This document shows, piece by piece, positions 58,245-64,000 of a stretch of 64,000 bases of DNA. Position 1 is the first letter of the stretch; the number at the start of each line of letters is the position of its first letter. The translations under genes and the position numbers were made by a program. The stretch comes from a virus, in IMG/VR virus record IMGVR_UViG_3300030108_005139, positions 1 through 64,000 of that record; one strand, written 5' to 3'. Under the pieces are notes generated by a model. That model was not told the DNA's origin. It worked only from the letters and a program-made list of their open reading frames with translations, and searched no databases.

Positions 58245-58521
58245 CCTCCTTAATCATATCAAAAAGTTCATCTTTATCTTTTTCGCTTAAGCCAGCGTCG
58301 GCGTTCTTATTTTTCTGTAAAAGTGCAGCCACCTTAACTAATTGTTCGTTAGATCGCTGTAGTGTTTCCAGATATTTCGCCGCAACAACGCCTAGTTGTT
58401 TGTGACTATGTGTGTCATTGGATACAACAGTTTCTAACTGCTTCAGAAGATCCTTAGCCTTATCGCGATCTGCTCGAATGTTATCAACAGCCTCTTCTAA
58501 ATATGAATCCAAATCTTTCAC
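58237..58521 (-). CDS. small coiled-coil hypothetical protein
   Basis: 94 aa, coupled to both neighbours. Confidence 0.7.
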   Translation of the reverse strand: MKDLDSYLEEAVDNIRADRDKAKDLLKQLETVVSNDTHSHKQLGVVAAKYLETLQRSNEQLVKVAALLQKNKNADAGLSEKDKDELFDMIKEVA

Positions 58522-59219
58522 TAAATATCTCCTTCATTCCACTTACCTTTAAAATCTCGGTACTTAGAACGCATCTTGTTGAGACTATTAACAATCTGTT
58601 TTGTATTTAGACCGGTAATCTCTCTCATATACAGATAAATAGCTTTTTTATTAAAAATTTCAATGTCCTCGCTGTTCTCCAAGAGGATCTTAACAGCTTT
58701 CAAAACTTTTTCATCATTTGGTTTTAATTTGCCCGTGTCCCAAGATTCTATCTCTTCCCACAGGTGTGTCCAAAATTCGTGTTTCTCTCTCTTAGATTCA
58801 TATCCATTTGTCGTGACAAGATATTTTATTTCTAAATCTTTTGATATGTCATCAAAATCAACCTCTCTCTTTGCCTGCTTTGCGTTTTTCTTAACCTTGT
58901 GAATAAACCAGTTTTTAGTGATTACGGAAAAATAAGAAAACGCTTTTGACCCCTTGTTGGGATCATATTTGTCCAAAATCATCGTAAGCCATACTTTACA
59001 CTCTTCGCGAAGCTCAACAATATTAGGCAAGTTAGTAAATTTATAAGTGAAAATAATTTTATCAACCATCTCACCAAAAGCTGGCTGTATATAGGTTACA
59101 TACAACTCTGTTCTTTCTTTAATATCTTCACTAATAGCGTATTTTACTATTGCGTCTTCGTGAACTTGTGTAAAATAATGCTTACTTCTCTTCTTCCGCC
59201 TCTTCTTCATTGAATACAT
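58521..59219 (-). CDS. phage sigma-factor-like protein (possible late sigma, gp55-like)
   Basis: Region-2-like KYDPNKGSKAFSYFSVITKNW; C-terminal HTH-like LYMREITGLNTKQIVNSLNKM. Confidence 0.65.
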   Translation of the reverse strand: MYSMKKRRKKRSKHYFTQVHEDAIVKYAISEDIKERTELYVTYIQPAFGEMVDKIIFTYKFTNLPNIVELREECKVWLTMILDKYDPNKGSKAFSYFSVITKNWFIHKVKKNAKQAKREVDFDDISKDLEIKYLVTTNGYESKREKHEFWTHLWEEIESWDTGKLKPNDEKVLKAVKILLENSEDIEIFNKKAIYLYMREITGLNTKQIVNSLNKMRSKYRDFKGKWNEGDI

Positions 59220-59502
59220 CCTCTATTTTGTCTTCGTCAATCGTAATAGTATAAACATCTCTATATAACTCGATGTCGCTCACTACTTGCTGAGAATGTA
59301 TGATCAAATTTTGTATTGTTTGATCTCCATAATACATTTCAAGCTCATTAATAGCAGATAAATGATCTGAAAAGGCTTGAACTGTTTCCAGCAAGTTATA
59401 AACATTTTCCGACAAAAAAGAGAAATTTTTTAATATCCACCTTAAATAGAAAATAAAAAATATGTTTATAACTATCGATATTATTAATATTGTTTCAATC
59501 AT
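59182..59502 (-). CDS. membrane-anchored hypothetical protein
   Basis: N-terminal TM MIETILIISIVINIFFIFYL. Confidence 0.7.
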   Translation of the reverse strand: MIETILIISIVINIFFIFYLRWILKNFSFLSENVYNLLETVQAFSDHLSAINELEMYYGDQTIQNLIIHSQQVVSDIELYRDVYTITIDEDKIEDVFNEEEAEEEK

Positions 59503-59758
59503 CGTATGTTTGACTTCTTAGTTCCTTTTTTTCTTGCTCTAAATCATCTTTCGCATCTTCAATATATTGCTTAACAAGGGAGCCGGTTTTTTGTTTTTGC
59601 TGACCTCCTGTTTGTTTCAAAACAACAGGCATTGAAGGTATTCGCTTAAGACTTTGTTCAGAATCACACTCCTCACAATCTGTTAGCTTTTCTTTAATTG
59701 AATGAACAACTTGAAAAACTATAGAACAATCATCGCATTTATATATGTATCTTGGCAT
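59495..59758 (-). CDS. FmdB-family zinc-ribbon protein
   Basis: MPRYIYKCDDC...CEEC...LKRIPS; ATG at 59758. Confidence 0.8.
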   Translation of the reverse strand: MPRYIYKCDDCSIVFQVVHSIKEKLTDCEECDSEQSLKRIPSMPVVLKQTGGQQKQKTGSLVKQYIEDAKDDLEQEKKELRSQTYDD

Positions 59759-59759
59759 A

Positions 59760-60560
59760 TTAAATTGTAATCGATTTAGTGATACTGTCTTTCTGCATAC
59801 ACCACACCAACATTTCCTCATTAGAAGCTGGTCTGTCTAAAGCCTCAAAAGCCTCTACCATATCTTGCTTTTGCAAAGGCTTATTAAGAACATATTTTTC
59901 CTCGTTAATTATAGCAACTGGATATTTTAACATATTCCTTCTATAACCCTGTGCGTGTGCCCTTTTCATATACTCTGACTCTGCACCAGGCTTGCCAAGA
60001 GGGTAGCCTGCTTCTAGTTCATATTTAAACTCCCCAAGTTCCCGATACGTTTCTTTGGCCATTATATGATAATCAGCATAACCCTTATGGAGCGATTCAT
60101 AAATTTCAAGATTGTTTTCGTGTGGATTCATAGCGTTATTTTGCTTTCTAAACCTATAAAATGGATAAGCGTAATGAATAACACAACCCACATTATTATG
60201 TGAATTTATGTGACTTATACTTCTAGAAATCCAATCATCTTCAACAACAAACAAATGGTCATCAGGTGAGTCAATAAAATAATCCCCTTGAGCTATCCTT
60301 CTAGCTTGAACCTTTGCATACTTTGTGCAGATAGGGTAATCGTTCTTTTCATTTAATATTAGTTTGTAGTCAGCACAGTTCGGTTGTAAACTATTGAGAT
60401 AGTTCAAAACCCTGTCGTCAGTCGAACCGTTGTCAACAACGATGAGTTCAATGTTGTTTGAATCGTATGTGCTTGTTTTAAAAAAACTTTCTATACAGTT
60501 TTTAATTAACAAGGGTCTGTTGTAAGAAGTGACACACAGACTGACTAAGCCGCTACTCAT
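59760..60560 (-). CDS. glycosyltransferase family 2
   Basis: VSLCVTSYNR, ELIVVDNGSTD, GDYFIDSPDD. Confidence 0.88.
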   Translation of the reverse strand: MSSGLVSLCVTSYNRPLLIKNCIESFFKTSTYDSNNIELIVVDNGSTDDRVLNYLNSLQPNCADYKLILNEKNDYPICTKYAKVQARRIAQGDYFIDSPDDHLFVVEDDWISRSISHINSHNNVGCVIHYAYPFYRFRKQNNAMNPHENNLEIYESLHKGYADYHIMAKETYRELGEFKYELEAGYPLGKPGAESEYMKRAHAQGYRRNMLKYPVAIINEEKYVLNKPLQKQDMVEAFEALDRPASNEEMLVWCMQKDSITKSITI

Positions 60561-61203
60561 TATAAACCCTCTTAAAAACAACACATCGATCTGCTTTTTC
60601 TACGAATTCAACTCTTGGGTCTAACTTAAGTTCTTCACAAACTTTCCAGGGACCACCATCTCTTTCTACATAATGTATATCTGGAACTTGATCTTTACTG
60701 GCATTGTGAAAAACAATATATGACCCAGCGCCGCCAGATAAAATACAACTCTCAGCATCTTTTTTTGTTTGAAGATAGGTGTGATTGCCATCAATAAAAT
60801 ACACATCCATATCAAACTTTTCGCTATCCAGCACTTTATCCGAATGACCTTTAACTAGGGTAAAGTTTTCGTAACCCTTGTCTTCTAAAAAGTCCACAAT
60901 GTCCTTGTGAAGAGCAACATTCAACATTCTCCATTTGTTAATTATTTTGTGAGTCTGTTCGCCACTGTTTTCTTCAGCAATTAACTCAAACAAATCAACA
61001 CCAGTCGCATAATAATTTTCTTTATTTTCACTTAAAAAGTCTAAAACTTTTCGAAAAGTACCACAAAAATAGACACCAATCTCAAGATATCTAGGTTCGT
61101 CAAACTTGTTTAATAATTCTAAAATACATTGAGTTTCAATTTCTGACAAATCGGTTCTACTACCATATAATTCATCACGAAATTCTTTCTCTTTAATATC
61201 CAT
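60553..61203 (-). CDS. class I SAM-dependent methyltransferase
   Basis: YLEIGVYFCGT, GVDLF, YFIDGNHTY. Confidence 0.85.
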   Translation of the reverse strand: MDIKEKEFRDELYGSRTDLSEIETQCILELLNKFDEPRYLEIGVYFCGTFRKVLDFLSENKENYYATGVDLFELIAEENSGEQTHKIINKWRMLNVALHKDIVDFLEDKGYENFTLVKGHSDKVLDSEKFDMDVYFIDGNHTYLQTKKDAESCILSGGAGSYIVFHNASKDQVPDIHYVERDGGPWKVCEELKLDPRVEFVEKADRCVVFKRVYNE

Positions 61204-61206
61204 TTA

Positions 61207-62265
61207 CTAAGCGCCTCCAAATTCTTTAAAATATTTTTCCAATGTCTCACTATCTCGTATTACATTAACAGAATCACAACTTCTGTAGGAATTTGAATCT
61301 GAGAAGTCGTTTACTAATACTCTTTTACAGTGCGGTAAATCAAATATAATATTATCATATTGAACTCCAAAGCCCTCCAGTTGCCTAATTGTATTATCGT
61401 AACTTTCTTTTCGTTTTCTGGAAGTTGTTAGCACTAGGTGAATCTTTCCAGTATTATAAATCTTGTTAATAAACTCGATGTTTTTATTCAAGGGCCTAGA
61501 AAACCCCCATCGCGGGGAAAAGAACCTAGAGGAGTTCTTAAATAATACGCCATCTATATCTAGGAATATTGTCATAAAATCAGATTTATATTTTCGCCAC
61601 TCCTCAAGCGTTCCCCAATCACAATAATCACTAATTTCTTTTGAGGAAAATAAAGTATTATCCAATATCATATTGAAAATTATATGTGATATATACAGGG
61701 AATCTTTTTGTTCCATTTTCTCATAATATTCCACAAACTGTTCTGCCTTTAAAAAAGAGTAGCCGCCTACACAGAAATTGGAACTAATGATTCTTTTTTC
61801 AACTATGTTATCAATTAAATCCATATCATTTAAGGAAACGTAACTCTTGTTTGACGCATTAACACTTTGTAAATCATTTAAATCACAAGTACAAACGTAA
61901 TTTCCCTCCTCCAAATCAGCAACAAAAAAGTTATCAACGTCTTTTATAAAGATTGGACCCTGAATATCGTTATCAATAATTGTCCTGTATACAGTTTCAG
62001 GCTGAGATTTTGTTGGTTGTTTTAATACATATATTTTTGGCACCACGCCCACCTCTTTAAAGGCAGCGAAAATACCCTCAATACTAGCGTATTGGTGTAG
62101 GTGTTCCTCTAAAATGGTTAAATAAACGTTCTCAACTTTTTCCAAGTTTAAGCCCTTAATAGCTGCAACCACCATTAAGTTTCCATCCGGGTGTGTTAAC
62201 AGCCACTTTGGTCTAAGGTTTGGAAATCTTGAAGACTTACCAGCAGCTGGTATAATTAAATTCAT
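61207..62265 (-). CDS. sugar/alcohol-phosphate nucleotidyltransferase fused to a HAD-like domain
   Basis: IIPAAGKSSRF..PK, DWGT; C-terminal IFLDIDGVL..LTTSR. Confidence 0.85.
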   Translation of the reverse strand: MNLIIPAAGKSSRFPNLRPKWLLTHPDGNLMVVAAIKGLNLEKVENVYLTILEEHLHQYASIEGIFAAFKEVGVVPKIYVLKQPTKSQPETVYRTIIDNDIQGPIFIKDVDNFFVADLEEGNYVCTCDLNDLQSVNASNKSYVSLNDMDLIDNIVEKRIISSNFCVGGYSFLKAEQFVEYYEKMEQKDSLYISHIIFNMILDNTLFSSKEISDYCDWGTLEEWRKYKSDFMTIFLDIDGVLFKNSSRFFSPRWGFSRPLNKNIEFINKIYNTGKIHLVLTTSRKRKESYDNTIRQLEGFGVQYDNIIFDLPHCKRVLVNDFSDSNSYRSCDSVNVIRDSETLEKYFKEFGGA

Positions 62266-63148
62266 CCCTTTCTCCTAGTAAACAAAACAGACACTCAATA
62301 ACGTATCTCTTTACCTCCACAGTTTTTGCGTAGGGAAGTAAGCGAAACATATTTAGTAATTGGAAAAGCTTATAATATTGTGTGTAAAAAGGATACTTGT
62401 TAAAGTGTGCATCGATTTTTTCGTCTAAGTGTTTCAAAACTGTTAGCATCCTAATTTGATCATAATCTTGTTTATAAAACAAGCTGCTCCAAAAAAAGTA
62501 AGTATCCTGTCTAAGTTTCGCAATATCCTGTAGTGGAGACTCTAGATAACAATTGAGGAAATCAATTAGGTATATCTCTTTATTTGCTTCACTCACTAAA
62601 ATATTTGAAAGCGTTAAGTCACCGTGACAAGAACCTACAGGTATTGTATAACACATCTGCTCATTATTTAAATAAGCATCAATTAAAGCATAAATTTTCT
62701 CTATATTCTTTCCATATTTATCATTCTTGTCGATTCTTTGATAGGTTTGTTTTAATTTAGAATTGAACAACCCTCTATCAACCAATTGAGGTGTACTGGT
62801 CTCAATTGACTGTTCAATCAAGCCGACAATTTTTTCAATGAAAAACTCTAATTGACTTTTAGAGCAAAACTGTAAAAACGTAATACAATCCCTTGCTTGT
62901 GCATATTCCATATCAAAAAAAAATAAACCATTGTCACTTTCACCACAACAGTCAATTAGTGGAATATTTATATTCTCAAGCTTTAGATTTTTACGAGCTT
63001 CTTTTTGTTTCTCAGCCTGTATTTTTAATCTATGGGAGGTAGCTTCATTCGTAGACTTTTTTCTAACAAAATAAGAACCAGACTTGTGTATTATACTTAA
63101 TTCTGCACCAGAATTACCTTCAATTACGATTTGCCTAGTTCCACCCAT
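62237..63148 (-). CDS. aminoglycoside phosphotransferase / choline kinase-like kinase
   Basis: GNSGA, VRK, CHGDLTLSNIL, LIDFL. Confidence 0.85.
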   Translation of the reverse strand: MGGTRQIVIEGNSGAELSIIHKSGSYFVRKKSTNEATSHRLKIQAEKQKEARKNLKLENINIPLIDCCGESDNGLFFFDMEYAQARDCITFLQFCSKSQLEFFIEKIVGLIEQSIETSTPQLVDRGLFNSKLKQTYQRIDKNDKYGKNIEKIYALIDAYLNNEQMCYTIPVGSCHGDLTLSNILVSEANKEIYLIDFLNCYLESPLQDIAKLRQDTYFFWSSLFYKQDYDQIRMLTVLKHLDEKIDAHFNKYPFYTQYYKLFQLLNMFRLLPYAKTVEVKRYVIECLFCLLGERDEFNYTSCW

Positions 63149-63169
63149 AAACTAAAAAACAACAAGCCT

Positions 63170-63346
63170 TTATTCATCTTCTTCTTTTTTTACTTCAATC
63201 AACGGTGGGTTCGTTACCATTAATTCACCCTCTTCATTAGCAGCCAGTACAAAGCTCTTTAACACTTCTGTAATGTCGCTTTGTTCCATCAATGACTTTT
63301 GTAAAGCCATCATAACTGATCCGAGCGCTTGATTAGATAATTTCAT
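63170..63346 (-). CDS. 58-aa hypothetical protein
   Basis: MKLSNQALGSVMMALQKSLMEQSDI...; AGGAGG RBS; below ORF-track cutoff. Confidence 0.7.
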   Translation of the reverse strand: MKLSNQALGSVMMALQKSLMEQSDITEVLKSFVLAANEEGELMVTNPPLIEVKKEEDE

Positions 63347-64000
63347 TTTTTAGCCTCCTAAAGCATTCATTAATTCCTTTCTCAATAGTATACTCAGGCT
63401 TCCACCCTAAGTCCAGTAGAGGTTGGATATCTGCCTTTGTATATCTTACGTCACCTTCCCTTTCCGCCACATATTTAAACACGGTCTCTGGAAGATGTTG
63501 TAACACAATTTCTTTCATTTCATTTAGCGATATATTATTGCCCGTTCCAACATCAAAATGTTGACCATAAAAATCACGGTCGTGCTCCATTGCAAATATA
63601 TTTGCCGACACAACATCTTCGCGATTAGCCATATCTCTTCTTTGTTCACCATCACCAGTAATAAAGGGAGATTTATCATCTCGGATGTGCTGCATCCAAT
63701 TTGCTACTGCTGTGGCGTATGCAGTCTTGGCCTGCTGATCGGGAGAGTAAACATTAAAATATCTCAATGTAACAGTATCTAAACCATATAATTGAGAGTA
63801 CATCTTACACTCCATCTCAGTATAAAGCTTTTGCAAAGCATAAGGACTGGCTGGGCCGTCTCCGTTCCCTACGACAGAAGAGGAACCAGCATAAATTAAA
63901 CGTTTAGCCCCAACCTTTCTGGCAAAGTTTAAAACAGTGCTCCCGGCAATGACATTATTTTTTGTTGTTTCAACGGGATGCTCAACACTGTAGGCTACTC
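63333..64000 (-). CDS. NAD-dependent sugar epimerase/dehydratase, 5' truncated by the window
   Basis: AGSSSV, SPYALQK (YxxxK), LRYFNVY, GDGEQRRD; frame stays open to the window end. Confidence 0.9.
   Translation of the reverse strand, partial: VAYSVEHPVETTKNNVIAGSTVLNFARKVGAKRLIYAGSSSVVGNGDGPASPYALQKLYTEMECKMYSQLYGLDTVTLRYFNVYSPDQQAKTAYATAVANWMQHIRDDKSPFITGDGEQRRDMANREDVVSANIFAMEHDRDFYGQHFDVGTGNNISLNEMKEIVLQHLPETVFKYVAEREGDVRYTKADIQPLLDLGWKPEYTIEKGINECFRRLKNEII

Noticed and set aside
1762-63782. Plus-strand ORFs and short nested minus-strand ORFs in the track
   Set aside because: They lie over longer, motif-bearing minus-strand genes and show no recognisable domains; treated as shadow ORFs.
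1-64000. Alternative genetic code (stop-codon reassignment)
   Set aside because: TAA, TAG and TGA all end genes at tight junctions, and very long ORFs are intact under the standard code.
1-64000. tRNA, rRNA or intrinsic terminators
   Set aside because: Intergenic gaps are almost all under ~75 bp, and I saw no cloverleaf or convincing GC hairpin with a U-tract; tRNAscan/Infernal would be needed to be certain.

Overview
A 64 kb segment of a large T4-related (jumbo, contractile-tailed) bacteriophage genome. It is AT-rich and tightly packed, every credible gene is on the minus strand, and the genetic code is standard. In transcription order (right to left) it carries: a sugar-modification cluster (epimerase, kinase, NTP-transferase/HAD, methyltransferase, GT2); a sigma-like factor; a baseplate/tail module (hub-amidase, spike, gp25-like, gp6-like, a 3410-aa LamG protein); RuvC-like resolvase, primase, cysteine synthase and a fused Mre11-Rad50; a ~12 kb accessory array; then large terminase and portal. 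The main observation is that 13 otherwise unrelated genes (two nucleotidyltransferases, HNH, a PD-(D/E)xK-like protein, two ParB-like proteins, an amidoligase and small orphans) start with one of two shared leader peptides, MKxxFENWRxFLxE (7 copies) or MKITKSQLKQIIKEEL (6 copies). These end at or near (I/L)-x-E sites, like T4 capsid-targeting sequences, which suggests a modular system for loading effector proteins into the head. Also seen: a candidate late-promoter motif (ACTAWTTAY), an unannotated 25-aa peptide with 9 Cys, and a pervasive [S/T][G/A/S]S motif in tail proteins encoded near the glycosylation genes. All functional calls rest on motif recognition only; no database searches were run.
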